A stretch of 64,000 nt of DNA. It comes from Hyphomicrobiales bacterium. GTDB lineage: Bacteria; Pseudomonadota; Alphaproteobacteria; Rhizobiales; RI-29. Location of the stretch: the NCBI GenBank assembly GCA_016125495.1, contig WGLQ01000002.1, positions 26,969-90,968 of the forward strand, written 5' to 3'. A program made the position numbers and the translations under genes. The notes under the pieces are model-generated. The model had not been told where the DNA came from, made no database searches, and saw nothing but the letters and a program-made list of their open reading frames with translations. Shown in pieces: positions 54,937 to 64,000 of this stretch (within the stretch, counting starts at the first letter, position 1; the number at the start of each line of letters is the position of its first letter).

Positions 54937-55673
54937 CGGCGGCCTCCCGTCGATGCGGGGGCTTGCCAGCGGCTCCAGTCGGCGGCCTCGGGCGTGCCCT
55001 CGAGCCTGTCGTAATCGGCCCGCGGGATGGCGATGAAGCGCACGCTGTCACCCGGCGCAAGGAGGGTCGGGGGCTCGCGCTCGAGGGTAAAGAGCGGAAC
55101 CGGCGTGCGCCCGAGGATGTGCCAGCCGCCCGGGCTCTCGAGCGGGTAGACGATGGTGAGGCCGACGGCAATCGACACCGAACCGCGCGGCACACGCACG
55201 CGTGGATCGAGGCGGCGTGGCAGGTCGATGGCCGGGGCGATGTCGCCCATGTAGGGCAGGCCCGGAAGGAAGCCGATCATGTAGACGAGGTAGGTGGCGT
55301 CGCTGTGGAGGCGCACGACCTCGTCGACGGACAGTTCGCGGGAGCGGGCCACGTCGTCGAGGTCGAGGCCGAATTCGGGATCGTAACAGACCGGGATGTG
55401 CCAGGTGCGCGGGGAATCCTCGATGGACGTGAGGCCGGCGACGAGGCCCTGCAACTCCGCCTCGAGGTCGGACGGCTTCCAGACGAGCGGATCATAGTGA
55501 ACGGTGAGCGAGCGGAACGTCGGGATGGTCTCGACGATGCCGGCGAGCGCGGCCTCTGCGACCCGGCGGTCGAGCGCCAGGATGCGGCGGCTCGTCTCTC
55601 GCTCGACGTTGGTCGCGAACTCGATCGTCAGCGCCGTGTCGCCCATGGGCAGGAAGCGAGGTGATGTCGTCAT
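54933..55673 (-). CDS. pxpB: 5-oxoprolinase subunit B (PxpB; KipI family)
   Basis: FLPMGDTALTIEF...ETIPTFRSLTVHYDP...YLVYMIGFLPGLPYMG...PGGWHILGRTP. Start at ATG 55673; the track ORF upstream extension is spurious. Confidence 0.85.
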   Translation of the reverse strand: MTTSPRFLPMGDTALTIEFATNVERETSRRILALDRRVAEAALAGIVETIPTFRSLTVHYDPLVWKPSDLEAELQGLVAGLTSIEDSPRTWHIPVCYDPEFGLDLDDVARSRELSVDEVVRLHSDATYLVYMIGFLPGLPYMGDIAPAIDLPRRLDPRVRVPRGSVSIAVGLTIVYPLESPGGWHILGRTPVPLFTLEREPPTLLAPGDSVRFIAIPRADYDRLEGTPEAADWSRWQAPASTGGRR

Positions 55674-55838
55674 GGCTGTGGCTCGGCTCCGACCCGCGAC
55701 ACTGCGGCAACCGTCGAGGATGCGCCGCTTGCGCGATGCGAGGATGGCGTCTTGGGACCGCCCGATTGGACAGGCCGACACGGGCCGGGCCATAGTGCGC
55801 GGGTCGATCTCTTTGTCCAGCCCGCACCGGTGAATGCC

Positions 55839-56624
55839 ATGTCCGACCGCATCAACATCAACGCCGACATGGCGGAAGGCTTCGGGGCCTACGACATCGG
55901 CGACGACGACGCGTTGCTCGATATCGTGCGAACGGCCAACGTCGCCTGCGGATTTCATGGAGGCGATGCGGCAACCATGCGGCGGGTCGCGATCGCGGCG
56001 GCGGCCAAGGGGGTCAGCATCGGGGCGCATCCCGGGTTCGACGATCTGTGGGGCTTCGGGCGGCGGCAGATCAGGATGAATGCCGACGAACTCGAGTATC
56101 AGTGCGCCTATCAGATCGGGGCGATGCAGGCGATGGCGCACTACGCGGGCATCGCCGTCACGCATGTCAAGGCGCACGGGGCGCTCAACAACATGGCCTG
56201 CACCGACCGGGGCTATGCAATGGCGATCGCGCGGGCGGTCAAGGTGGTGGATGCCGGCCTCATTCATCTGGTGATGCCGGGCACGGAGTTGGAGCGGGTC
56301 TCGCGCGAGCTGGGGCTGGTGACGGCGCTCGAAGCGTTCGTCGATCGCACCTACGAGGACGATGGTACGCTGACGCCGAGGAGCATGGCCGGCTCCGTGA
56401 TCCGCGACGAGGCGGTGGCGAGCGCGCGGGCGGTGCGTATGGTGACGACCGGCGAGATCGTCGCACGGAGCGGCAAAGTACTGCGCCTGCCGTTCCATTC
56501 GCTCTGCGTGCATGGCGACGAGCCGACGGCGGTCGCGGTGGCACGGGCGGTGAGGCGCGGGCTCGAGGCGGCCGGCGTCTCGGTCGTGACGCTGCCGGAA
56601 ATGCTGGTGGACGGGGCGGCCTAG
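55839..56624 (+). CDS. pxpA: 5-oxoprolinase subunit A (PxpA; LamB/YcsF family)
   Basis: ININADMAEGFGAYDIGDDDALLDIVRTANVACGFHGGDAATM...IGAHPGFDDLWGFGRR. Divergent from pxpBC. Confidence 0.85.
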   Translation: MSDRININADMAEGFGAYDIGDDDALLDIVRTANVACGFHGGDAATMRRVAIAAAAKGVSIGAHPGFDDLWGFGRRQIRMNADELEYQCAYQIGAMQAMAHYAGIAVTHVKAHGALNNMACTDRGYAMAIARAVKVVDAGLIHLVMPGTELERVSRELGLVTALEAFVDRTYEDDGTLTPRSMAGSVIRDEAVASARAVRMVTTGEIVARSGKVLRLPFHSLCVHGDEPTAVAVARAVRRGLEAAGVSVVTLPEMLVDGAA

Positions 56625-56652
56625 CGCTGCTGGTTCCTCATTGTTCTGCCTC

Positions 56653-57798
56653 TCAGTTCTCCACTGCCTTGAGGACGGCAACGAAGACTGCGACCGGTAG
56701 CCGCCAGGCCTCCGGCGCATTGTAGTTGCCCGCCGTCACGACCACGACGAGGTCGAGCGACGGAACGACGGCAAGCCTCTGGCCACCATTGCCGAAGCCA
56801 GCGAACCAGCGCTTTCCATTGCGCAGCGCGCCGATCCACCAGCCGTAGCCGTAGGCCAGTCCCTCCGGCGTCAGGGCATGCAGGCCGGATGACCGCCGGA
56901 GCCAGTTCGCTGGGACAACCCTACGGCCGTTCCAGACGCCGCCCTCGAGAGCCATCTGGCCGATGCGCGCCAGGTCGGCAGGGCGCATTCGCAGGCCGGA
57001 AGCCGCAGCGGGCCGGCCGTCGGAGCCTCGTATCCATTCCACTTGCTCGATCCCGAGCGGAGCGAAGAGTCTCGATCGCGCGTAGCTTTCGAGATCGGTA
57101 CCGGTACCCTCCTCAATGAGGCGGCCGATGAGAGCGGTGGCCCCGCCGGAATACGTCCAGGCTTCGCCCGGAGCCGCGACCTGCGGCCGCGAGAGCACAT
57201 AACGGATGCGGTCGGGCGAGTTCTCCATGGCGATCTCGCTGTTGCGGGGATCGTCGTAGGGAAGGTTTTCATTCCAATCGAGACCGAGCGTCATGGACAG
57301 CGCGTGTTCGACGCGGATGGCCCGGCGGCCGGGAATTGCGGCGAGATCCTCCTGGCCCAGGAACTGGTCGTAGAGCGGGGCATCCAGCGGCGGAACTTTT
57401 CCCTCCGCAAGGGCGATGCCGTAGAGGAGGGATACGATGCTCTTGGAGACCGAGCGCACGTCGTGAAGTGTCGAGGCCTCGAAGGTGACGTGACCAAGCC
57501 GTTCGCCCCACCGATAGTCCTCACCCGAAAAGTAGCGTTCGTGGACGAGGCGTCCCTTGCGAACGACGACGACACCGTGGAGACCTGCCAGACCCTCGGC
57601 CGAAACCGCGGCCTCGATCCGTTCGCCGAGGTTGGCGGCAAGCCCCACCTCGCCCGGCTCTGCCCGAGCCCATCCGGCATCGTCGTCAGCCATTGCGAAC
57701 GTTCCCATCGAAGGTTGAGAAAAAGCGATCGTCACCGCGGCGGCGAGCATGCAAACCACGAGCCTGATCGCGTTCGAGAGCGGTGGATAATTCTGCAT
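56653..57798 (-). CDS. Serine hydrolase (beta-lactamase/transpeptidase-like, class C-related), secreted
   Basis: Signal-like IRLVVCMLAAAVTIAFS. S-x-x-K motif in HDVRSVSKSIVSLLYGIAL. Start at ATG 57798. Confidence 0.8.
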   Translation of the reverse strand: MQNYPPLSNAIRLVVCMLAAAVTIAFSQPSMGTFAMADDDAGWARAEPGEVGLAANLGERIEAAVSAEGLAGLHGVVVVRKGRLVHERYFSGEDYRWGERLGHVTFEASTLHDVRSVSKSIVSLLYGIALAEGKVPPLDAPLYDQFLGQEDLAAIPGRRAIRVEHALSMTLGLDWNENLPYDDPRNSEIAMENSPDRIRYVLSRPQVAAPGEAWTYSGGATALIGRLIEEGTGTDLESYARSRLFAPLGIEQVEWIRGSDGRPAAASGLRMRPADLARIGQMALEGGVWNGRRVVPANWLRRSSGLHALTPEGLAYGYGWWIGALRNGKRWFAGFGNGGQRLAVVPSLDLVVVVTAGNYNAPEAWRLPVAVFVAVLKAVEN

Positions 57799-57922
57799 CG
57801 GGTGTCTTCCCAAAGTGGCTCGTCGCGGCACACGCAAGCCGCCTCCGGAGGACGGGCGCGCCGACGTTGGTTGGCTCGAATGCGGCGGCCGACCGCCCCT
57901 CCCAGTTGCCGAAGGGCACGCG

Positions 57923-58453
57923 TCAGCGACCGCCTGCCCGGGCGATGCCCTCGCGGATGACGCGCTTGGCCACCTCGTGGTTGCCCCATTCGGCGACGCG
58001 CACCCACTTTTCCTTCTCGAGGTCCTTGTAGTGCTCGAAGAAGTGACCGATCTGCCGGCGGACCACGTCGGGCAGATCGGCGACGTCGTGGACACCGACG
58101 AAGCGCTGGGAAACGCGGGCGCTCGGCACGGCGATCACTTTTTCATCCTTGCCGGCCTCGTCCTCCATGAAGAGAACCCCGATCGGCCGGCAGTTGATGA
58201 CGCATCCTGGCATGAGCGGCCGGTTGTTGGCGATCAGCACGTCGACGGGATCGCCGTCGTCGGAGATCGTGTGCGGAATGAAACCGTAGTTTCCGGGATA
58301 GCGCATCGCGGTGTGCAGGATGCGGTCGACGAACATCGTGCCGGAAGCCTTGTCCATCTCGTACTTGATCGGCTCGCCGCCGATCGAGACCTCGACCAGC
58401 ACGTTGATGTCGTCGGGCGGATTGTCGCCGATGGGGATCGCTTCGATGCGCAT
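57923..58453 (-). CDS. ppa: Inorganic pyrophosphatase
   Basis: [20 protein letters not shown]...[22 protein letters not shown]...KVIAVP, the family I PPase signature. Start at ATG 58453. Confidence 0.95.
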   Translation of the reverse strand: MRIEAIPIGDNPPDDINVLVEVSIGGEPIKYEMDKASGTMFVDRILHTAMRYPGNYGFIPHTISDDGDPVDVLIANNRPLMPGCVINCRPIGVLFMEDEAGKDEKVIAVPSARVSQRFVGVHDVADLPDVVRRQIGHFFEHYKDLEKEKWVRVAEWGNHEVAKRVIREGIARAGGR

Positions 58454-58540
58454 GGGACCTCCTCGGGCAGTTGGGCGGCTGCGGCTTTGCACGGTGCTGC
58501 GGTGACCGTCGAGCAGCTCTGGCGCCGACTGTCCGTGCGA

Positions 58541-60193
58541 TCAAGCCCGACCATAGGACTGTCGCGCGGCCTGCGGCGAGACGTAGCCCTCGGCGATGTC
58601 GTGGTCGAGGGCGGCCTGGTCGCGGGCGGCCGGTGGGCCGTAGCCGCCACCGCCGGGCATCGCCACGGTGACGACAGTGCCGGGCTTGAGGGTGCGGGTG
58701 AGCTTGGGGGCGATCTCGAGCGGTTCGTGGCGCCCGTCGGCCGAGCGGACCTCGGCGGAAAGCCGGCCGCTGGCCCCCGGCGAGCCACCGGCAAGGCCGG
58801 GCGCGGCATGGCGGGTGCGCTCGTAGAGGCCCGAGAAAAGGAACGATCGGTCGGTCAGGACCTCGAACGTCATTTCCTGGCCGAGGCCGCCCCGGTAGGT
58901 GCCAGGCCCGCCCGAATCACAGCGCAGTTCGCGGCTGTGAACCAGAAGGGGAGCGATCGTCTCCATCACCTCGACGGGAACGCCGGCGATGCCGGAGGGG
59001 TAAGCGGTGGCGGAAAGCCCGTCCCGATCGGCCATGGCGCCGACTCCGCCCGAGGAGAACCAGGTGTAGGAAAAATGCTTGCCGGTGCGCGGATCGAAAC
59101 CGGCGACGTGGGTGTCCCAGAGGCCGTCGGCGCCGGGCGCGATGACGGTTTCGGGCAGCGAGCCCGCCAGCGCCCCCATCACGGCCGAAGGAAGGAAATG
59201 ACCGACGAGATGGCGGCCGGCGACGGCGCTCGGATAGGCGGCGTTCAGGATGCCGCCCTCGGGGGCTTCGATCTCGATCGGGCGGAAGCTGCCCTCGTTG
59301 TTGGGCACATCCGGCGAGATGGCGCACTTGACGCCGTAGGTGGTGTAGGCGCGGGTGTAGTTGAGGCAGACGTTGATGCCCATGTGGGAGGGACCCGAGG
59401 AACCGGCGTAGTCGACGAGCAGGCGGTCGCCGGCGACGTGGATGCGAACCTTTATTGCGATGGGCTCCTCGAAGCCGTCAATGGTGAGCGCGTAGGAATA
59501 ATCACCGTCCGGGAGCGCGCGGATCCGCTCGCGCATCGCAGCCTCGGTTCGCTCGACGATGCGATCGGACAATTCCTCGATGTCGGAAAGGCCGAACTCC
59601 TCGAGGAAGGAGACGAGCTGACGTGCGCCGACCTCGTTGCCGGTGATCTGGGAGTGGAGGTCGCCAAGTACCTCCTCGGGCGTGCGCACGTTGGCAGCGA
59701 GCATGGCAAAGAGAGTCTCATTCGGTCGGCCGGCCTCGGCGAGCTTCATAATCGGGATGAAAAGCCCCTCTTCGTGGATCGAGCGGCTGTCGGCCGAGAG
59801 GCCGCGCCCGCCGATGTCGAGGGCATGGCAGCAACTGGCGAAGAAGGCGACGACGCGGCCCTTGTAAAAGACCGGGGTCGCAACTGTAATATCGTTGAGC
59901 TGGCTTGCCGTTTTCCATGGGTCGTTCGTGACGAGGACGTCGCCGGGGGCGAGCGTGTCGACCGGATAGCGCGCGAGGAAGTGGATCATTCCGGTCGCCA
60001 TGGAGTTTATGTGACCGGGCGTGCCGGTCACGGCCTGGGCGACCATGCGGCCGCGGCGGTCGAAGACGCCGGCCGAGAGGTCGCCCGCCTCGCGCACGAT
60101 GGAGGTGAACGAGGAGCGGATGAGGGCGGCAGCCTGTTCGTTGACGGTCGAAATCAGGCGGTTCCAGAGAATGTCGAGGGTGACCTGGTCCAT
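58541..60193 (-). CDS. hyuB: Hydantoinase B/oxoprolinase family protein
   Basis: MDQVTLDILWNRLISTVNEQAAALIRSSFTSIVREAGDLSAGVFD and YRGGLGQEM...GGGGYGPP. ATG 60193 after GGGAG. Confidence 0.85.
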   Translation of the reverse strand: MDQVTLDILWNRLISTVNEQAAALIRSSFTSIVREAGDLSAGVFDRRGRMVAQAVTGTPGHINSMATGMIHFLARYPVDTLAPGDVLVTNDPWKTASQLNDITVATPVFYKGRVVAFFASCCHALDIGGRGLSADSRSIHEEGLFIPIMKLAEAGRPNETLFAMLAANVRTPEEVLGDLHSQITGNEVGARQLVSFLEEFGLSDIEELSDRIVERTEAAMRERIRALPDGDYSYALTIDGFEEPIAIKVRIHVAGDRLLVDYAGSSGPSHMGINVCLNYTRAYTTYGVKCAISPDVPNNEGSFRPIEIEAPEGGILNAAYPSAVAGRHLVGHFLPSAVMGALAGSLPETVIAPGADGLWDTHVAGFDPRTGKHFSYTWFSSGGVGAMADRDGLSATAYPSGIAGVPVEVMETIAPLLVHSRELRCDSGGPGTYRGGLGQEMTFEVLTDRSFLFSGLYERTRHAAPGLAGGSPGASGRLSAEVRSADGRHEPLEIAPKLTRTLKPGTVVTVAMPGGGGYGPPAARDQAALDHDIAEGYVSPQAARQSYGRA

Positions 60194-60215
60194 GGGTTCT
60201 ACTCCCTTATCCGGC

Positions 60216-62324
60216 TCACGCGCGTGGCGCCCGGTCGATCTCGACCACGAGGTTGGCGAAGGCATCGACCGAGATCCGGGCGGGACCGTCGACGACGACG
60301 GTCGATTCCTTTTCCTCGATGATCGCGGGACCCGAGAACGATGTGCCGGGCGCCAGACGGTAGCGGTCGTAAACCGGTGTCGGACGGTGGCCCGCCTCGC
60401 CCTGCCGGTAGGCGAGGCGCTCGCCTTTGAGGGCTGCCCCGGCGCCGGTGGACGGGGCGGCGGCTGCCGCCAGCTTCGCAGCGAGGGGGGAGGCCGGAAG
60501 GGGGCCCGATGCGATGACACGCCAGGAGACGACGTCGATCTCGGCGTCCGGTACCGTATGGCCGTAGAGCGCGGCATAGGTCTGCTCGAAACGCTCGCGG
60601 ATTGTGGCAACGCTTTGCGCGCTCAAGCGGCCATCGGGGATCGGAACGCGAATCTCGTAGCCCTGCTTACGATAGCGCATATCCGCAAAGCGGGCGAACG
60701 TCAGTTCGCTCTCTGGGACCGTGCGGCCGAGGACCTGGCGACCTTCGGCCTCCATCTCTTCGATGGCGGACATGGCAGCGGTCCAGTCGAGCGTCGCAAG
60801 CGGGGCCGGCTGGCTGCGCACGAAGTCGAAGGAGAGCGGAGCGGAAAGAAAACCGATGGCCGACATGACGCCCGCCCGCAGCGGGTAAACGATGCGCCCC
60901 AAACGCAGGATGCGCGCGACGCCGAAGGCGTGCACGGGACCGGCGCCGCCGAAGGCGAACATGGTGAAGCGGTCGATGTCGAGGCCGCGCTCGATGGCAT
61001 GCATGCGGGCGGCCGAGGCCATGCTCTCGTTGGCGAGCTGGTGGATGCCGGCGGCGGCCTCCTCGACGCCGAGCCCCAAGGGGCGGGCGACGTGCGTTTC
61101 GATGGCGGCGCGGGCGCGCGCGACGTCGAGCGCCATCTCGCCGCCGAGGAAGAAATCGGGATCGAGGAAGCCGAGTACAAGATCGGCGTCGGTGACGGTC
61201 GGGCGGTCGCCGCCGAGACCGTAGCTGGCGGGGCCCGGCTTGGAGCCGGCGCTGCGCGGCCCGACCTGGAGGCGGCGCATGGCGTCGATGCCCGCGATTG
61301 AGCCTCCGCCGGTGCCGATCTCGATCATCTCGATCACGGGGACCTTGACCGGAAAGCCGCTGCCCTTCTTGAAGAGATACTGGCGGTCGACCTCGAAATC
61401 GGGCGCGATCAAGGGCTTGCCATCGACGATGAGGCAGGCCTTGGCGGTCGTGCCGCCCATGTCGAACGAGAGGATATCCGGGCGGTCGGTGGCGGCGGCA
61501 AAACTGGCGGCGGCGATCGCGCCGGCGGCGGGACCCGACTCGATGAGGCGGACCGGATAGCGTGCCGCGATGTCGACCTCGGACAGCCCACCGTTCGACT
61601 GCATCACGAAGAGCTTTCCGGCAACGGCCGTCTCATCCGTGAGGCGGCGGCGCAGTCGCGAAAGATAACGCTCCGCGATCCCCTTGACATAGACGTTGAC
61701 CAGCGTTGTCGAGGTTCGTTCGTATTCGCGTATCTCGGGCACCAGATCGGACGAGCGGGTGATCGCGAGTGCCGGCATGCGGGCGCGCACGATTTCCTCG
61801 ATGCGGCGTTCGTGGGTGTCGTTGGCGTAGGCGTGCAGGAGGCAAATGGCGAGCGCCTCGATGCCCTCCTCCACGAGCCGGTCGACGACGTGGTGGACGC
61901 TCGCCTCGTCGAGTGCGGTGTGGATGCGTCCGTCGGCAAGGGTTCGCTCGGTGACCTCGAAGCGCAGGCGGCGCGGGGCGAGCGGGGCGGGCCGGCGCAT
62001 CTTCAGATCGTACATGTCGTAGCGGTGCTCGCGGCCGATCTCCACGGCGTCGCGAAAGCCGCGGGTGGTGACGAGGGCGGTCGGCGCGCCCTTGCGCTCG
62101 ATGACGGCATTGGTAAAGAGCGTCGTGCCGTGCACGACCTGGTCGACCCGGGCGCCCGGGCAGTCGGCGGCGGCGAGCAGGTTGCGCACGCCCGTCATCA
62201 CCGCCTCGTCCGGGGCGTCCGGCGTGGTCAGCACCTTGTCGATCAGCACACGCCCGCCGCGATCGTCGACGAGCACGAGATCGGTGAACGTGCCGCCGAT
62301 ATCAGCCCCGATCCTCACCGTCAT
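60216..62324 (-). CDS. hyuA: Hydantoinase/oxoprolinase family protein (A subunit)
   Basis: [33 protein letters not shown] and [13 protein letters not shown] 62324 after GGAAGGA. Confidence 0.85.
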   Translation of the reverse strand: MTVRIGADIGGTFTDLVLVDDRGGRVLIDKVLTTPDAPDEAVMTGVRNLLAAADCPGARVDQVVHGTTLFTNAVIERKGAPTALVTTRGFRDAVEIGREHRYDMYDLKMRRPAPLAPRRLRFEVTERTLADGRIHTALDEASVHHVVDRLVEEGIEALAICLLHAYANDTHERRIEEIVRARMPALAITRSSDLVPEIREYERTSTTLVNVYVKGIAERYLSRLRRRLTDETAVAGKLFVMQSNGGLSEVDIAARYPVRLIESGPAAGAIAAASFAAATDRPDILSFDMGGTTAKACLIVDGKPLIAPDFEVDRQYLFKKGSGFPVKVPVIEMIEIGTGGGSIAGIDAMRRLQVGPRSAGSKPGPASYGLGGDRPTVTDADLVLGFLDPDFFLGGEMALDVARARAAIETHVARPLGLGVEEAAAGIHQLANESMASAARMHAIERGLDIDRFTMFAFGGAGPVHAFGVARILRLGRIVYPLRAGVMSAIGFLSAPLSFDFVRSQPAPLATLDWTAAMSAIEEMEAEGRQVLGRTVPESELTFARFADMRYRKQGYEIRVPIPDGRLSAQSVATIRERFEQTYAALYGHTVPDAEIDVVSWRVIASGPLPASPLAAKLAAAAAPSTGAGAALKGERLAYRQGEAGHRPTPVYDRYRLAPGTSFSGPAIIEEKESTVVVDGPARISVDAFANLVVEIDRAPRA

Positions 62325-62451
62325 GGTCTGTCCTTCCCACTGCTCGACCCGGCCGGCATCGGACGTTGACGCGGGCCGCAAGTCAAGCATTCTACCCGCA
62401 TGCGCGCCATGCGTGCGGCCTTCGCCGCGAGAGCCCCAGGAAGGGAACACC

Positions 62452-63465
62452 ATGCTCGAAAAGTTCGAACGCTATCGCCTGACCTTCGGGCCGACCGCCA
62501 TCGAGCTGTTGTCGCGGCTCACCGCGCATCTCGGCGGGGCGGTCGAAATCTATGCCAAGCGGGACGACTGCAATTCGGGCCTCGCGTTCGGGGGAAACAA
62601 GCTGCGCAAGCTCGAATACATCGTGCCCGATGCGATCGCCAAGGGGGCGGACACGCTCGTGACGATCGGCGGTGTGCAGTCGAACCACACGCGGCAGGTG
62701 GCGGCGGTGGCGGCCAAGATCGGCATGAAGTGCCGGCTGGTTCAGGAGAGTTGGGTGCCGTTCGAGGATGCCGTCTACGACCGGGTTGGCAACATCCTGA
62801 TGAGCCGAGTTATGGGGGCCGAGATCGAACTGGTCGACGAGGGCTTCGACATCGGCATCCGCGAGAGCTGGGAGCGGGCCATCGCGGACGTCGAGGCAAG
62901 AGGCGGCAAGCCCTATCCGATCCCGGCGGGGGCCTCGGTGCATCCGCTCGGCGGGCTCGGCTACGTCGGGTTCGCCGAGGAGGTGCGGGCGCAGGAGGCG
63001 GCGCAGGGTTTCGCGTTCGACTACATCGTCGTCTGTACGGTGACGGGTTCGACGCACGCCGGCATGCTGGTCGGCTTCGCCAAGGACGGGGGCGCCAACC
63101 GGGTCATCGGCATCGATGCCTCGGGCACGCTCGCGCAGACGCGGGCGCAGGTGATGGCGATCGCACAGGGCACGGCGGACCTCGTCGGGCTCGGCCGTGC
63201 GATCACGGACGACGACCTCGTCCTGATGGATGGATATTCCTATCCGGCCTACGGCGTGCCGTCGAAGGAAACCAACGAGGCGATCCGCATGGCGGCGCGG
63301 CTCGAAGGCATGATGACGGACCCGGTCTACGAGGGCAAGTCCATGCAGGGGTTGATCGACCTCGTGCGCAAGGGATATTTTCCCGCAGGCTCCAAGGTTC
63401 TCTACGCTCACCTCGGCGGCGTGCCCGCCATCAACGGCTACAGCTACGTATACCGCAACGGTTGA
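62452..63465 (+). CDS. acdS: 1-aminocyclopropane-1-carboxylate (ACC) deaminase
   Basis: Colinear with AcdS as recalled: [33 protein letters not shown] (PLP Lys), [28 protein letters not shown] and KVLYAHLGG (the Glu and Leu that distinguish AcdS from D-cysteine desulfhydrase). ATG 62452 after AGGAAGGGA. Confidence 0.9.
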   Translation: MLEKFERYRLTFGPTAIELLSRLTAHLGGAVEIYAKRDDCNSGLAFGGNKLRKLEYIVPDAIAKGADTLVTIGGVQSNHTRQVAAVAAKIGMKCRLVQESWVPFEDAVYDRVGNILMSRVMGAEIELVDEGFDIGIRESWERAIADVEARGGKPYPIPAGASVHPLGGLGYVGFAEEVRAQEAAQGFAFDYIVVCTVTGSTHAGMLVGFAKDGGANRVIGIDASGTLAQTRAQVMAIAQGTADLVGLGRAITDDDLVLMDGYSYPAYGVPSKETNEAIRMAARLEGMMTDPVYEGKSMQGLIDLVRKGYFPAGSKVLYAHLGGVPAINGYSYVYRNG

Positions 63466-63477
63466 GGGCAAGAGGCA

Positions 63478-63507
63478 GGCGGGAGCGAAAACACGTCGGC
63501 TCCCGCC
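63478..63507. terminator. Perfect 9-bp GC-rich hairpin between convergent acdS and the agmatine deiminase gene
   Basis: GGCGGGAGC (63478-63486), 12-nt loop, GCTCCCGCC (63499-63507). No clear U-tract on either strand. Confidence 0.45.
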
Positions 63508-63525
63508 GCGAGGCGGGGATCGGCC

Positions 63526-64000
63526 TCAGACGGCGGGCTGCTGCTGCGTGATGCAATGGATGCCGCCACCGCCGATCGCGACGTCGACGATCGGGACCAT
63601 GACGATCTCGCGATCCGGGCAGGCGGCGGAGAGGATTTCACGCGCCTGATCGTCCTCTCGGATGCCGTAGCTCGGGGCGATCACGGCGCCGTTGGCGAGA
63701 TAGAAATTGACGTAGGAGCGGCAGAACCGGTCCTCGAGGTGACGCGGCAGGCGGAGGCTCTCGGCCTCGGTGATGCGGACCATCTCGATCGGGCGGCCGG
63801 CAGCGTCCGTCTTGCCTTCGAGGGCGCGGATGTTGGCCTTCATGATGGGGCCCCAGGGGTGGCCGGGGCCGGCAGGCGCCTCGATGACCACGCGCCCCGG
63901 GGCGACGAACTGGGCAATCCCGTCGACGTGGCCATCGGTCTCGCGCTCCTCGACGTTGCCGGGCAGCCAGATGATCTTCTCAGCGCCGAGCACGCGGGAG
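63526..64000 (-). CDS. Agmatine deiminase / porphyromonas-type peptidyl-arginine deiminase family protein, C-terminal part (5' end outside window)
   Basis: ETDGHVDGIAQFVAPGRVV...SYVNFYLANGAVIAPSYG...GGGGIHCITQQQP (catalytic Cys context). The frame remains open to the window end. Confidence 0.85.
   Translation of the reverse strand, partial: SRVLGAEKIIWLPGNVEERETDGHVDGIAQFVAPGRVVIEAPAGPGHPWGPIMKANIRALEGKTDAAGRPIEMVRITEAESLRLPRHLEDRFCRSYVNFYLANGAVIAPSYGIREDDQAREILSAACPDREIVMVPIVDVAIGGGGIHCITQQQPAV

Noticed and set aside
1-64000. Search for tRNA, rRNA, CRISPR arrays, IS/transposase or integrase genes, and toxin-antitoxin or phage-defence modules
   Set aside because: By eye there are no cloverleaf-like or rRNA-like segments, no regularly spaced repeats, no transposase, integrase or recombinase motifs, and no long terminal inverted repeats. 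The only repeats found are the short ones listed. A covariance-model scan (tRNAscan-SE, Rfam) would be needed to exclude small ncRNAs.

Overview
GC-rich (about two-thirds G+C by eye), densely coding segment that looks like an alphaproteobacterial (Rhizobiales-like) chromosome or chromid. I call about 52 protein genes. I saw no rRNA, tRNA, IS element, prophage or CRISPR array. Gene content, left to right: (1) housekeeping and envelope genes (OYE-type reductase fragment, SH3 protein, L,D-transpeptidase-like protein, rmuC, secreted caspase-like protease); (2) a tightly coupled six-gene C-N hydrolase operon (M20 amidase, class-III aminotransferase, agmatinase-family ureohydrolase, M19 dipeptidase and two unknowns); (3) cueR-DUF411 and an aldehyde dehydrogenase; (4) a cNMP-binding protein, a 1252-aa membrane polyferredoxin/2Fe-2S/FAD-reductase fusion and a CpdA-like phosphoesterase; (5) a ~15-kb co-directional chain of four glycosyltransferases, a deacetylase, a peptide-type ABC importer interrupted by an FkbM methyltransferase, a small methyltransferase-like protein and a DddP-like M24 enzyme; (6) an L-carnitine/gamma-butyrobetaine catabolic cluster (BKACE, lcdH-thioesterase, ACAD, ADP-forming CoA ligase, caiD) with a divergent GlxA/CdhR-type regulator; (7) nitrogen-compound catabolism genes (dat, pxpABC, hyuAB, acdS, agmatine deiminase fragment) plus ppa. 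The main finding is at 45.4-49.6 kb: a ycaO-tfuA-EamA/DMT operon on the minus strand. Upstream of it, on the same strand, is a 49-codon ORF absent from the supplied track (whose shortest entries are 60 aa), with a strong Shine-Dalgarno. It encodes MTKSTATTAIETPSNVGGRIAPKAVTPAQVGGRISATAVTPAQVGGRIR. This has three VGGRI cassettes whose DNA copies differ almost only at synonymous sites. I interpret it as a candidate multi-core precursor of a thioamidated RiPP or peptide-derived small molecule, flanked by a class III nucleotide cyclase and a Crp-family regulator. All functional calls rest on motif and family recognition by eye. No database search was run, and start codons are best guesses.
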